Assembly (NCBI RefSeq): GCF_006345805.1 | Contig: NC_042999.1 | Span: forward strand, 40,920,001 to 40,984,000 | Reading direction: 5' to 3' | Length of the DNA: 64,000 nucleotides | From: Octopus sinensis | Taxonomy: Eukaryota | In this document: in pieces, positions 1-13,218 of the stretch | How positions within the stretch are numbered: position 1 is the first letter of the stretch | How the letters are laid out: every line of letters begins with the position of its first letter | Made by a program: the position numbers and the translations under genes | The notes under the pieces: generated by a model | Databases searched by the model: none | What the model saw: the letters and a program-made list of their open reading frames with translations, nothing else | Told to the model about the DNA's origin: nothing

Positions 1-391
1 GAGATCCACTTTACCTTTCAGCCCTTCGGGTTCGATAAAATAGTTACCAGTTAAGCACTGGGGTCGATGTAACCGACTTTACCCTGCTCTCTCGAAATTG
101 TTGGCCTTTTGCCAAAATTTGAAGCCATTATTATTTTTTTGTTTTTGTTTTGAAGACTGGTAATCATTCGATCGATATCTGTTACATGAGTGTAAACAAA
201 CCAACATTGGTAGTTAAACTATGGTCAGGGACAAGCAAAAAAGCGCATACATGTATTCAGCCTTTACGAAAGGATTCCACACAGGTCTGTCTACCAAATT
301 CAATCGCAAGGGATGGCTCAGTCCAGGCCTATAGTAGGAAAATAATTACACAAGGTCTTGCGCAGTGGGGATGAACCCGAAACCGCGCGGT

Positions 392-980
392 TTACTCTTT
401 TTTTTACTCTTTCGCATGTTTCAGTCATTTGACTGCTGCCATGCTGGAGCACCGCCTTTAGTCGAGCAAATCGACTACAGGACCTATCCTTTGTAAACCT
501 AGTACTTATCTAATCGGGGGTCTTTTGCCGAACAGTTAAGCTACGAGGACGTAAGCACGCCAGCATCGGTTGTTAAGCGATGCGGAGGGACAAATACACA
601 CACAGACACACACACACACACACACAACACACACACACACCCACCAACACACACATGATATATACATATATATATTATACATATATATATATATACATAT
701 ATTATATAATAGATATACTACATATATATATATAGCATATATATATATACATATATATATATCATATATATATACATATATATATATATATATTATATAT
801 ATATATAATATATATATGTATAATACATATATACTACGAGCGTCTTTCAATTTCCGTCTACCAAATCCACTCACAAGTCTTTATTCGGACCGAGGCTATG
901 GTAGAAGACACTTGCCCAAAATGCCACGCAGTGGGAGTGAAACCGGAACCATGTGGTTGGTAAGCAAGCAACTTACCACG
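392..980 (-). mobile_element. SINE family A copy (tRNA-derived SINE with internal microsatellite)
   Basis: Reverse complement matches the family consensus seen many times here (gtggtaagt..cttaccaaccacatggttccgg..ttggtagacggaaa..[microsatellite]..cgcttaacaaccgatgctgg..gcggtgctccagcatggc..tgactgaaac). Internal (CA)/(TA) tract ~596-835. Confidence 0.85.
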
Positions 981-1359
981 AATATTTTGTTTTTCTTTTG
1001 CTTGACTAGATTTGTTAGTTTCACTCATTTGACTGCAGCCATGCGTGAGTTTTTGCTCTTTAAGATTGAGTAGGTCATAACGATCTCGAATACTTACATC
1101 AACTTCGTGGAGGCTAGGTCAAGAGTCACAAACGGGTTCAAGGTGCATATAGATCCACAGACATGCACACACACACACCTGTGCGTGTAACATTTATATG
1201 TGTGTGTGAGTGTGTGTGTGTGCGTATTGTGTGTGTGTGTGCGTATTGTGTGTATGTGTGTGTATTGTGTGTGTGTGCGTGCGTATTGTGTGTATATGTT
1301 TGTGCGTATTGTGAGTATGTTTGTATTGTGTATATATGTGCGCGTATGTGTGTATAATG

Positions 1360-1398
<39 letters not shown>

Positions 1399-1582
1399 TA
1401 TGTATGTATATATGTCTGTATTATGTGTATAAGTGCGTGTGTGTATATATGTGTGTGTGTGTATTATGCGTATATATATATATGTGCGTGTGTATTATGT
1501 GTATATATATATGTGTGTATGTGTGTACATATGTATATGAATTTGCGTATGTATATACAGAAAAGCACATGTGCTCGTGAAA

Positions 1583-1755
1583 TCGCGTGGCCTTGTGGTT
1601 TAGGGTGTTACACACAACGATCGCAAAATCGTGGATTTGACTCCCAGATTGGTGGTGTAAAGCAGTGTGCAAACCCAACGACGGACTGGCGTTCTGGTCA
1701 GTGGCGATTTTGGCTTGCCCGCCTGGCCAGCAAGGTAGCATCATTGGCGATTTGA
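1583..1755 (+). mobile_element. Degenerate CORE-type SINE (family C) fragment
   Basis: Head cgcgtggccttgtggtttagggtgtta resembles 37836. Tail gacggactggcgt..gccagcaaggtagcatcatt resembles 47480-47550. Confidence 0.5.
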
Positions 1756-2165
1756 GGTGGAATTAAGAAGTATGAAAATCATTATCATGAGTCAATATAG
1801 AAAGTCATACCGGTTTCGTCATCGCTGTTCACTGACTTCAGTTTCTGTCTGCTCAATCCACTCACGAGGCTTTGTTCGGCCCGGCACTATGGTAGAGGAC
1901 TCTTGCCCAAAAGTGCCAAGCAGTGGGACTGAACCTAGAATCATGTGATTGGGAATCAACCATCTACCTGCACAGCCACGCCTGTGTGTGTGTGTGGGGG
2001 GGGTCTATTGGTTTTTACTTGTTTAGTCGTTAGACTGCGGTCATACTGGGGCATATTTTCCTTTTTAAACTCTGAGACTTATTCTATGGTTTACATTTGC
2101 CAAGCCGGTAAATTACAGGGATGTAAGCAAACTAAATACCGATTGTCAAAGAATAGAGGGCGATA

Positions 2166-2206
<41 letters not shown>

Positions 2207-2389
2207 CACATACATACACACACACACACACACCACACACACACACAACAAACGCACATGCCGATTGATCGACAGCGTCGATTAGATAGAATTCGTTAGG
2301 GTATTAAATGTGGTTCCTCTGTACTCTAAGTTCAGATATTACGAAGGTAAGGTCAGGCTTTTGGGGGCTAAATAAACATTTGGAAATTA

Positions 2390-2434
<45 letters not shown>

Positions 2435-2974
2435 ACCCACTCACTCTTTCCGCTACACGAAACTCAAATAACATAAATTTAGGAACTCCTCTCTACCTAA
2501 TTTTATATTCTTTGCTATGCTAGGGAATAATTATATAGATTTTTGTCCAATTGTATGTTATAGACAAACGTAAATATCAAGTCTTTATATACACTGTCGA
2601 CGCACCCCCCTCGCGCTGACATACGCACACGCATGCACGCATTGTGTTCTCTCCGAAACCCGCTCTCTTCTGCTAGCTGCACTGTCACCGCCATTGTCTT
2701 CAATCGAATACTCCTCTCTTCTATAGGTAAAAAGCAATCCTATATCTTTACCGATTTGAGAGAGACCCTGAGTCTAGAGGAAGAAGCAGAGCCTGTGATC
2801 CCTTCGCATGCCCTCCAGTAGCGGTGAGCTTGATGTCGTTAATGTTTCGTTTAAACTGTAATAGATCAACATGTGTAGAAAAGTGAAAATATTTCAAGAG
2901 TGTTTATTTCTTAGGAGGGAGAAGACTGATCATAACCGATAGTGCATGACAGAGGGGTTGGCTGCACTATTACG

Positions 2975-3178
2975 TAGCTGGCAGAAACGTTAGCACGCTG
3001 GGCGAAATGCGTAGCTGGAATTCGTCTGCCGTTACGTTCTGAGTTCAAATTCCACCGAGGTCGACTTTGTCTTTCATCCTTTCGGGGTCGATAAATTAAG
3101 TACCAGTTACGCACTGGGGTCGATATCTGTCCTTGTTTCTCCCCTGTGTTTAGCCCCTTGTGGGTAGTAAAGAAATAA
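2975..3178 (+). mobile_element. SINE family B monomer
   Basis: gctggcagaaacgttagcacg head, B-box-like gagttcaaattcc, core gaggtcgactttg.ctttcatcctttcggggtcgataaattaagtaccag, tail tttagccccttgtgggtagtaaagaaata. Confidence 0.85.
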
Positions 3179-3689
3179 TTATGTAACGGCAGGTGGGAAA
3201 GACAAGTGAATCGGAGTTGCGTAAGTATTCGGAGTACGAAACTAGCCAACTCCGAGTAACCGAGGGTATTATTGTAGCGATAGAAATGTGTGTGAGTGTG
3301 TATGTGTGTGCGAGAGAGTGAGAGAGAGACAGAGAGAGACAGAGAGAGAGAGAGATGGGGAAGACATGTTTACGAGTCCGAGGCTGGAGTGCGTCCGTAT
3401 GTGACCAAATGCCAGTTTGTCGAGTGGTACTGATCTAAAGGCAATCCAGGATATCCCTGTGGAAACAAGCACCACTATCTGAGATGCGTGAGCAGTACTC
3501 TATAGTGGACTCCACTCGAACCTTGTTGAATATCAGCTGCTGTTGGGAGTTGCAATAATTCTTGGTCCTCAAACGAGAGCCCTTTCTTGAGATCGGTCCA
3601 AATTATGCTAAGGATGTACGTTCTCCAGGAGAAATCCTTTGTAGAAGCAAGGGCTAGCATATGGAGAGACGTTCAGGGTTCTAGCTGTG

Positions 3690-4190
3690 TATCATTCATG
3701 TTTAGTGGTTATATGGTATACAATGGTAGTGTTTTCAATATAGAAGTTGAGTTTCAGTATTTTATTTCGCTGCTAATTGGAATAAGTTTGACATGGTCCT
3801 CAAAATAATTCCTTCAAAGTCTCTCTTTATGGAATCAGAACAAGTTTTGCGTTTGGTACCTAGGTTGCGTATGCACGTCACATGTTCGTGTAAAGCTAGA
3901 AAAAAATTGTGGATCGCGTCATCTGCATAAGAGTGGAAGTTTTGGGATGTGGTTGTAAGAAGGTTCATTGATTTATAGAATGAAGAGAGTGGAAAAGTAA
4001 ACCGAACTTTGGAGATCACTAAGATTGATTGGAAATGGATCAAAAAGAAATCTGTCAATCCATGCTGTGGTGTCGCCATCGGGTACGAGGAATTTACCTA
4101 TGAAAGACATGAGACATGCGTGGATTTGTAAGCGAGACGTTTTGACGGCCAATTTGTATGCTAGATAGTTTCGAAGGTTTTGTAACAAAT
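3690..4190 (-). pseudogene. Degraded non-LTR retrotransposon reverse transcriptase fragment (CR1/L2/Jockey-like)
   Basis: Minus-strand frames give ..WIDRFL..DLQSSVYFSTLFIL (cf. QGSVLSPTLF) followed after a frameshift by FHSYADDA (RT YADD motif). Stops and frameshifts are present. Confidence 0.65.
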
Positions 4191-4203
4191 GTGTATAAGG
4201 GTA

Positions 4204-4497
4204 AAGACCCCTAGAAAGGAACCCCGCGAGGCACAAGTCCGGGCAAGATTGTTTGTGGAAGATCAGTAGCCGCCAATGTGTATCAGTCTTCCCTCTCCAC
4301 GTTACCGATGTTATCAAAAGGAAAGGCAAAGGCCGATACAGCTTGGCACCAGTGACACCGTACTTATTTCTAGAGCTGAGTGAACTGGAGCAACGTGAAA
4401 TAAAGTGCCTTGCTCAAGAGCACAACACACAGCCCGGTCTGGGAATCGAATTCACTACCTCACGATTGTGAGCCTGACTCTCAAACCACTGGGCCGT
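4204..4497 (-). mobile_element. CORE-type tRNA-derived SINE (family C, alternative tail)
   Basis: Reverse complement: ggcccagtggtttgagag..gaattcgattccc (A/B boxes), then CORE-like gtgctcttgagcaaggcactttatttcacgttgctccagttcactcagct. Same family as 47084-47410. Confidence 0.75.
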
Positions 4498-4615
4498 AGG
4501 GTAACAACATTTCGGCGAAACTAAGTGATTTAAAAAAGTGGATCTTGGTCCGCGAAGGCCACATTGGTGGGTGGTTAATGTGTGCGCTCGCGCACACTGA
4601 TACATACTCACACTT

Positions 4616-4655
<40 letters not shown>

Positions 4656-4831
4656 TGAGCAAAATAATGTTTAACTTATGAGTACGCAGGAAAGAGCAAA
4701 GTATCCAAACTACCTCCGTTTGGTAGCATTAAAGATTTATAACTATGTTATGACTTAATTCTCTCTCTCCCTCTACACACCCACTCATACACACACACAC
4801 ACACACACACGCATGCAAGAGAGAGAGAAAG

Positions 4832-4877
<46 letters not shown>

Positions 4878-5112
4878 CTAAGCTTAATGGCGTAGAAGCT
4901 TCAGGAGAAGGAACACATGTTGACATTAGAATGGCTTTCGTTAGTATCTGGCAGCGAAACAGATAATACAGAGACACGGATAAAACAAGTGGAAAGTCGA
5001 AAAAATAATAAGAAAAAAGTAAATTCACCATATTCTAAAGAAAGAAATTTGCGATAAATTACACCAAAGATTTTTCGGATCTTCCGTCGGCTGTAGCGAT
5101 GAATAAGTGCAG

Positions 5113-5492
5113 ACGTGGCTGAGATGGTAAGAAGTTTGCTTCCCAACTACATAGTTCCGGGTTCAGTCACTTGGGCAACTGTCTTCTACTATAGTCTCGG
5201 GCCGGCCAGAGCCTTTGTCAGTGGATTTGGTAGACGGAAACTGAAAGAAGCCCGTCGTATATGTGTGTGTGTGTGTGTATGTGTGTATTCGTTTCCCATC
5301 ATCGCTTGGAAATCGTTGCTGGCGTGTTTACGTCCCCGTAACTTAGCGGTTCGGCACAAGATCCGATAGAATAAGTACCAGGCTTCAAAAAATAAGTATT
5401 AGGATCGATATAGTGGAATAAAAATTCTTCAAGATGGTGCCCCAGCATGGTCTCAGTCTAATGAATGAAAGAAGTAAAAGATAAGAAATAAA
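5113..5492 (+). mobile_element. SINE family A copy
   Basis: gtggctgagatggtaagaagtttgct..gtggatttggtagacggaaactgaaagaagcccgtcg(TG)n..ggtgccccagcatgg..gtaaaaga. Confidence 0.8.
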
Positions 5493-5642
5493 AGATCCTC
5501 TCTAAGAATCTTCGGTGTTATTTATCGTAAATTTCTTTTAATTTGTCTGACAGTTAATGGATCCTCCGTCGGTTTTAACGATATGTATTGTAATTGTTTC
5601 TAGCTTCACATAGAAAGATAATGTAAGTGATATTAGAGCCTA

Positions 5643-6025
5643 AGACGGCGAGCTGGCAGAACCGTTAGCACGCCGGGTGAAATGCTTAGCGGTATTTCGT
5701 CTGCCACTACGTTCTGAGTTCAAATTCCGCCGAGGTCGACTTTGCCTTTCATCCTTTCGGGGTCGATTAAATAAGTACCAGTTACGCACTGGTACTTATA
5801 ATCGACTTAATTCGTTTGTGTGTCTGTCCTTGTTTGTCCTCTCTGTGTTTAGCCCCTTGTGGATAGTAAAGAAATAGGTATTTCGTCTGTTTTTATGTTC
5901 TGAGTTCAAATTCCGCCGAGGTCAACTTTGCCTTTCATCATTTAGCGGTCGATAAATTAAGTACCAGTTGCGTATTGGGGTCGATCTAAAATTTCGGGCC
6001 TTGTTCCTAGAGTAGAATAGGATAT
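5643..6025 (+). mobile_element. SINE family B head + two bodies (dimer)
   Basis: A full copy ends aaagaaata and is fused directly to ggtatttcgtctg (nt ~50 of the consensus) at ~5877. The second body ends in the alternative tail aatttcgggccttgttcctagagtaga. Confidence 0.85.
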
Positions 6026-6319
6026 TATATCCTTAATGTTACTCTCAGAGTAATACAATATAGAGAGTGTAAGATCGTGTGTATCACAGGTAACGTTTTT
6101 TCATCATTTGTTGAGACACGGACACATCTATTTAGTGTTACTCGTGGCTGTGTGGTAAGAAGTTTGTTTACCAATCACATGGTTTTAGGTTCATCCCCAT
6201 CGCGTGGCACCTTGGGCAGATGCACTCTCAAAACCCACATCCACTCCCCAAAACTTGGGAATTGATGTGGGTTTGGTCGATGGAAACAAGCCCATCCTGT
6301 ATACTTTTATTCTTGCATT

Positions 6320-6702
6320 CCTTTACTTGTTTCAGTCATGTGACTGCGACCATGCTGGAGTACTGCCTTAAAGGGTTTTAGTCGAAGAAATCTACCATAA
6401 GACTTTGTAAAACTATTGCTTATTGTATCGGTCTCTTTCGCCAAACCTTTAAGTTACGGGTTTATAAACATCAGCATCGGTTGTCAAGCGATGGCGGGGA
6501 TGGGGGACAAATACAGACTCGCATACGCACGCACATACACGACGGGCTTCTTTCAGTTTCCGGCTACCAAATCCACTCACAAGACTTTGGTCGACCCGAG
6601 GCTATAGTAGAAGACCCTTGCCGAAGGTGCCACGCAGTGGGACTGAACCCTGAACCATGTGGTTGGGAAGCAAGCTTCTTACCACACAACCACGCCTGCG
6701 CC
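6320..6702 (-). mobile_element. SINE family A copy, nested among plus-strand family A fragments (6143-6300, 6775-6970)
   Basis: Family consensus in reverse complement (tttacttgtttcagtca..ccatgctggag..accaaatccactcacaag..cttaccacacaaccacgcctgcgcc). Confidence 0.8.
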
Positions 6703-6732
6703 TGTATATGCACGCACACACACACACACACG

Positions 6733-6774
<42 letters not shown>

Positions 6775-7377
6775 GTGTATGTATCTTTGTACTTGGCCTC
6801 CATCACCGCTTAGCAACTAGCGTTGGTGTGTTTACATCCCCGTTATCTTGCGGCACGGCAAAAGAGACCGATAGAATAAGTGCAAGGCTTAGATATCAGT
6901 ACTGGAAGTCCATTCGTTGTTGGATTAAAATTCTTGAAGGCGATGATCCAGCATGGCTGCAATCTAAGGGTTAGATCGATGAGAGAAAGAGAAAGAGTGA
7001 GAGAGAGAGAGAGAGAGAGAGAGGAGGCTGGAGAGAAAGAATGGTGGGGGGGGGAATAGAAATTTTCTGAAGTTACCGCGCAAATCGATTAAACACGGGA
7101 GATCTTTATTTCGAAGTGCTCTTCATCAGTCCACCATAGCTGCGCCCTACACTGCAGGACAAACATGCAGACAGGTAAACGCATTGACTGACAACTTGCA
7201 GTCAGGCAGACATACAAATTTAGATATTTTGCAGATAATTGGAATTAAGTGCTGTTGCACCAAGGCCAATTAACTGTGTAGTTTGTTGGCAAGCACAAAT
7301 GAAGGTGGACAGACTGACTGACAGGAGAAAGAAGAACAGAAAAGAAAAAGAGGACAAGCCAATATGCAAACAGACGA

Positions 7378-7414
<37 letters not shown>

Positions 7415-7423
7415 GAGGTGAAT

Positions 7424-7461
<38 letters not shown>

Positions 7462-7759
7462 TTGAGAGAGTGAGAGATGAAGAAAATGTATAGAATATAA
7501 CAGGTTTGACGGGAGATGGTTGATCGGAAAACAAAGGGGTACATTAACGGGTGGACATTAAAGATAAACAGGTATACAGTTGTGTATGTGTGTCTGTACT
7601 GCTAGTTATAAAAATTAAAATCTAATTAAATTTTTTCCAGACATTAATTAGTGTTTCTTACATCTGGTGCTCATCAGTGGCTAGGGAAAAATGTGCATAT
7701 CCGGTGTTTATAGTAATTATAGTAAATTTAATTAAAATAATTTTAATATCTACTTGCAT

Positions 7760-8060
7760 AAAGATTGTGTTGTTTACCAATAAATTTAAATGTACAACTG
7801 TACACATATTTGCATAAACATATTTTGAGTAATTTAGAGCAATATTGAGCACTCTTGTGGCAAAAACCATTTGTACAAATGGGAAAAGTTCTTGTAATAT
7901 ACACGATACATCTAAAATATTTAACATCCCCTTTAATAAAAAGACAATCAATCAAGGAAAAATTGTTATATATAATTAATTTATACGAACTTTTTATTTG
8001 GTTCATACTGGTTCTAGCCAATGCCCGGGGGCCTCGCAGCTGTAGGGACCGCAATTACGA
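7760..8060 (+). pseudogene. Possible heavily degraded Penelope-like GIY-YIG endonuclease C-terminal remnant
   Basis: Fragments LHKDCVVYQ and LFIWFILVLANA..YDLCIL resemble the CL.K.VVY and I.W.IL..A..C.LC motifs I recall from Penelope endonucleases. Weak, by-eye match. Confidence 0.25.
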
Positions 8061-8453
8061 TCTATGTATTTTGTGGCTTGCTGTCAATGAAAGGTCCAGG
8101 TCATTGAATTACCTCAGGACCTATAATTTTGCTAAGATAATCCTGGTTCTAGCACTTGTTAATTGTTTTATCATTGACTGTTACTGATTCGGGTTACTGT
8201 CTACCATTTTTTGCTCCTTTTTAGTCCGATGGACCTTAAAGCCATGTGCATATATTTACACACACACTCACATACATACATACATACATACATACATACA
8301 TACATACATACATACATACATACATACATACACGTACTTTGAACGTCATTCGGCAACGAGGATGAGACTTGGTACTATGTGGATTGTTCTATGTACTCAC
8401 AACCATTGACATTCTTATCTATAAAAAAGGAGAGAGAGATGGGGAGGGAGAGT

Positions 8454-8494
<41 letters not shown>

Positions 8495-9599
8495 TCAGAC
8501 TGAGACAGTAAGAGCTATACCAGCACTTAGTTTGTATTTAATTAAGATTTAAGAATAACCTAGTAACTCAATACACCATCCGATCCAGAAATTGAACTCA
8601 CGTCCTTATGACCGTAAGCCCAAAGAAAGAAAAGGTAGATGCTGGAGGAATGACGAAAGTTTAGAGAACAAGTAGTTAGATCTACAGGTATGGCGGTGCC
8701 CCAGCATGGCCACAGATTGTGAGCTGAAACTAAAAAAAATTACAAAATACAATAAGTATGATGAGAGTGTACATGTGTATACTCTGTATTTTAATATGCT
8801 CAGTATTGTTCGGGCAACCGTTTGGGCCATGGTGATATCATAATTGAGACAAACCTGATATTGAAGACATTCTAACCTTGAGAACCTAGTCATTTCCTTC
8901 AAACTCAGTGTTTCTAAGTATAACTATTCAATATTTTATTTCATTTGCTTTTCTCTCTTTTTTAAGCTTTTACCTGTCCAAAGTTTTTTCATGAGTTTGT
9001 CCTAAACCCGATGCTTGTTTTAAGACCTTTTGTTGACCCTTGTTTCATTCGTTCTGAGTAATATAAAGTTTTCCTTTCAAAAGTCCTAAATTATTCTGGT
9101 CGTTAAAAAGCAAGAAGGAATGTGTATCATATCTGATGCATGGAAATATACCATGGAAATATGTCCTATGTATCACGTGTAACACTTAGGATATGCAAAG
9201 GGTTAAAATGGTACACTGATTCGACAAGGTTTTATTTGATGTTTCTTGCACGCCGAGCGACCATGTGGAGTCCACTCGTCTACGCCGTACACGTTTCTGT
9301 GTCGGCTCGTTGTTTGAGCGTTGTTCTTGTTGGTTGAGCAGACACACGATCAAAAGCATTCCACTTGTGAGCATCACTCCTTACTTTTTTTTTAGTAGGG
9401 ACTACATTGTCAATATTTAAGAATGTAAGGTTGTGATTTTGGGGATTTGGCTACGATTGCTACCATGTCGAGGCATCAAGCAGAAGCGCCCTTGACTGCA
9501 CTACCTATATGCGTACAGTACGTCTGTGTATATGTGTATGTATACATGTGTATGAAGAAAATTTATGAATGTATATATGTGTGTTACTTCGTAATTGCG

Positions 9600-9867
9600 T
9601 CTTTTAATTGTTTTAGCTATTGGACTGCGGCCATGCTGTGGCACCGCCGTGAAGGAATTTTAGTCGAATAAATCGACCCCAGCACTTGTTTTCTTTCTAA
9701 GTCTGGTACTTATTCTATCGGCCTCTTTGCCGAACTGCAGAGTTACGAGGAAGTAAACACACCAACACCGACCGTCAATTAGTGGAGGGGACAAACACAC
9801 ACGCACACACACATACACACGCATAGACACTCACACGCTTGCGCGCGCACACACACGGACACAAGCG

Positions 9868-9900
<33 letters not shown>

Positions 9901-10050
9901 GGACTTGTTTCTGTTTATCAAATCCACACAAAAGGTTTTGGTCAGCATGGGGCTATAGTAGAAAACACTTGCCCAAGGTGCCACATATTGAAACTGAACC
10001 CAGAACTTTGTAGTTGAGAAACAAACTTCTTACCACTTGCCCACACCTGC
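9600..10050 (-). mobile_element. SINE family A copy (diverged)
   Basis: gactgcggccatgctgtggcaccgcc..ggtacttattctatcggcctctttgccgaac..caaatccacacaaaagg..ctatagtagaaaacacttgcccaaggtgccac. Confidence 0.75.
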
Positions 10051-10113
10051 TTATATAATTTCTTTATTGATGTATGAGGGAGTATATGTGTGCGTTGACG
10101 TATAGGTGTGTAT

Positions 10114-10305
10114 AAGAGGGGCTGTTGAAAAATTCCTGGCTTTAAGGGTATCGCGAAAGTTCCCGAGTTTTTTTTAGAAGGTTTAGAAGGACCACTGCAG
10201 TAAGTGTGTGAATCTGAGAGAGGACTATGTTGAATAAAATGATAGTTAACTGATCGTCTTGTATTTTCTTTTCCCCAAAGCCAGGAAGTTTTCAGCACCA
10301 ACTCA
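10114..10305. mobile_element. Mariner-like MITE
   Basis: Imperfect TIRs gaggggctgttgaaaaattcctggcttt / aaagccaggaagttttcagcaccaactc. A second copy lies in opposite orientation at ~50168-50372. Confidence 0.65.
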
Positions 10306-10354
10306 GATGTGTACAACTAGGTTTGCTTGCGCATTAGAGAGAAGAATGCGGTGT

Positions 10355-10843
10355 GTGTGTATGTATGTATGTATGTATGTATGTATGTATGTATGTATGT
10401 ATGTATGTATGTATGTATGCATGCATGTATGTACGTATGTATATATATGTATGTATGGGTGTATGTACGTATGTATGTATGTATGCGCGTGTATACGTAC
10501 GTGCATTGACAAACCTTAAAAATATATACATATATTTACACACACACACCCACACACAAATATACATACATACGTATGTATGTATATATGTATGTATGCA
10601 CGTCTATACATATGTATGTATGCATGTATGTATGCACGTCTATACGTACATGTGTTGACAAACCTTAAAACCATGTATGTATGTATGTATGTATGTACGT
10701 CTATACGTACGTATGTATGTATGTATGTATGTATGTATGTATGTATGTATGTATGTGTATGTATGTATGTATGTATGTATGTATGTATGTATGTATGTAT
10801 GTATGTATGTATGTATGTGTATGTATGTATGTATGTATGTATG

Positions 10844-10874
<31 letters not shown>

Positions 10875-10907
10875 TGTATGTATGTATGTTGTATGTATGT
10901 ATGTATG

Positions 10908-10969
<62 letters not shown>

Positions 10970-10971
10970 TG

Positions 10972-11003
<32 letters not shown>

Positions 11004-11005
11004 TG

Positions 11006-11037
<32 letters not shown>

Positions 11038-11048
11038 TGTATGTATGT
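10355..11048. repeat. Large (TATG)n microsatellite complex
   Basis: ~700 bp of mostly tatg units with an internal duplicated island ttgacaaaccttaaaa (~10506 and ~10655). Confidence 0.95.
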
Positions 11049-11209
11049 ACCTGCCCTTCAGAAAATAAAGATTGCGTATGTATGTGTGTGACTGAGCGTT
11101 CGTCATATGTGTATATTTAGGTGTTTGTCTAAGTGCGTGCATATATTGGACATTTCGGAGTTGACCGTTGTGTGTGTCTGTGTGCGTGTGTGTCTGTGTC
11201 TGTGTGTGT

Positions 11210-11282
<73 letters not shown>

Positions 11283-12128
11283 CCGGCGTGCGCACGGGCA
11301 AGTGTACGTGGTTCAGAATATAATGAACATGTGTGTTGCATGAACGTAAATTTCGTTTTGTATTACGTATTTCAAAATAAAATGCGGAATCTCGTGTGTA
11401 TAGGCGCATGTGTTTTAGTAAGCGTAGTTCATTAAAATGATGAATTACCGAGAACCTGTATCCGCGCACAGGTGTAGATGAACGTTTTGACTATGTTGTA
11501 TATATCCGTGTACTGTGTGTGTATTCGAGGGGAGAGAGCGAGCGTATAGGAGTCAGAAGGCTCTGTGTGGTTCATGCACACATTGATATATTGTATGCAT
11601 GTGTATGCATGTGTGTATGTGTGTGTGTGTGTGTGTGTTTGTGTGTGTGTGTGAACGAAACCATTTGACTTTGACGGAGTGTAGCTTAAAACAATTCGTT
11701 ACAGTTTTATCAGCAAAATAAATTATGATATGGAACGGAAAATGTCGCAAATAAATAAATAGATAAAATAAAATAAATAAATAGTTAAATAAATGAATAT
11801 ACAGATAAATAATTATTTTAAATGAAGTTGATTTATGTATTTATTTATCGTTTATATAGTATTGGGATGGGAAGAGTTAGATGCGATGCAGGGAAAAACT
11901 CTTCGAACATCAGAGAAAGGGCGATGCAGTATTTGTTCCGGCTCTTTACGTTATGATTTCAAAACCCAATCAGGTCTACATAGTGTTTCAACCCTTTAGG
12001 AGTGGATAAAATAAAACCTCATTCAATGACTGGGGTTCGATATTATTTACTCTTCCTTCCACACATACGTTTTGGCATGGTATTAATGTACTACCATATG
12101 CACTTATGCCAAATAGAAGAAATCATCG

Positions 12129-12170
<42 letters not shown>

Positions 12171-12730
12171 GAGTGAGAGAGCAGTGCATGCCATCAAAGT
12201 GACACTGGGGTAAAATATACGAAGCCCAGTATACCCATAATGACTACCTGTCTGTCTGATAAGGGTTCACCAGGAACATGAATCACAACCATATGTGCGC
12301 GACATGGTGATCTCATATCAAGATAAACAGCGCATGACCTTGCAGGTGGGGCCCAGTGAAAATGTTCTTCTGGTCGAGTAGCCCATCCCGCTCAAAATGT
12401 CCCTGAATAAGAATTGTTTAAGGATGCTGAACGAACCACCCATGTTTCCAAAGGTGAATTATCTAAACCTCTCAGAATTCCTTTCAACACACGGCTATGA
12501 TGCTCCACACTACTTCTGCTCGTGATCAGAGATGCACATATCGTCAGCCACTAAGGGACATGGTCAACTGGTTAAGATCAAACAACTGACAATCAAATCT
12601 GTGGTATTGAGCAGAATATTTGCTGTGTCCCATCTTTTATACCAAGACAACACAATTTACATGATAACACTTCCAATCAGTTAAGATCAGAAGCCATGAG
12701 AGCCACTGTCTGGTATTGCATCAGGGCATT
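12171..12730. mobile_element. ~560 bp insertion within an (ATT)n tract (unclassified interspersed repeat)
   Basis: A compositionally distinct, GC-balanced block is bounded on both sides by (att)n runs (12129-12170 and 12729-12782). No ORF. Confidence 0.4.
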
Positions 12731-12744
12731 TATCATTATTATTA

Positions 12745-12782
<38 letters not shown>

Positions 12783-12784
<2 letters not shown>

Positions 12785-13218
12785 GGCTGGCAGAGTCCTT
12801 AGCACGCCGATATTTCCCCCGTCGCTACGTTCTAAGTTCAAAACCCGCCGAGGTTGACTTTACTTTTCATCCTTTCGGGGTCGATAAATTAAGTACTAGT
12901 GAAACACTAAAGGCGATGTAATCGACTAGTCCTCTCCCCCAAAATTTTAGGCTTGATGCCTTTAGTAGAAAGACTTACCGTTGTTGTTGTTATTGTTGTT
13001 GTTAAGGCGGTGAGCTGGTAGAATCGTTATCACGCTGGGCAAAGTGTTTAGTGGCATTTCGTTCGTCTTTACGTTCTAAGTTCAAATTCCACCGAGGTTG
13101 ACTTTGTCTTTCATCCTTTCGGGGTCGATAAAATAAGTATCAGTTGATCATTGGGGTCGATATAAGCGACTTATCTCCTTCCCCGAAGTTGCTGGTCTTG
13201 TGCCAAAATTTGAAACTT
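12783..13218 (+). mobile_element. Two adjacent SINE family B copies with different tails
   Basis: The core ctttcatcctttcggggtcgataaa occurs twice. Tails are aaaattttaggcttgatgcctttagtagaaa and gttgctggtcttgtgccaaaatttgaaac. Confidence 0.8.

Noticed and set aside
7660-7682. Isolated CTGATGA/CTGAAGA hits (7671 rc, 14497 rc, 17765 rc, 27884 rc, 43619, 47864)
   Set aside because: No convincing stem II + GAAA + stem I arrangement, and 7-mers are expected by chance in 64 kb.
10516-11469. Longest ORF (317 aa) and other YIHT/MYVC/LSIY-rich ORFs (e.g. 21320-22177)
   Set aside because: These are stop-free translations of (TATG)n, (CA)n and (GATA)n microsatellites with no protein features.
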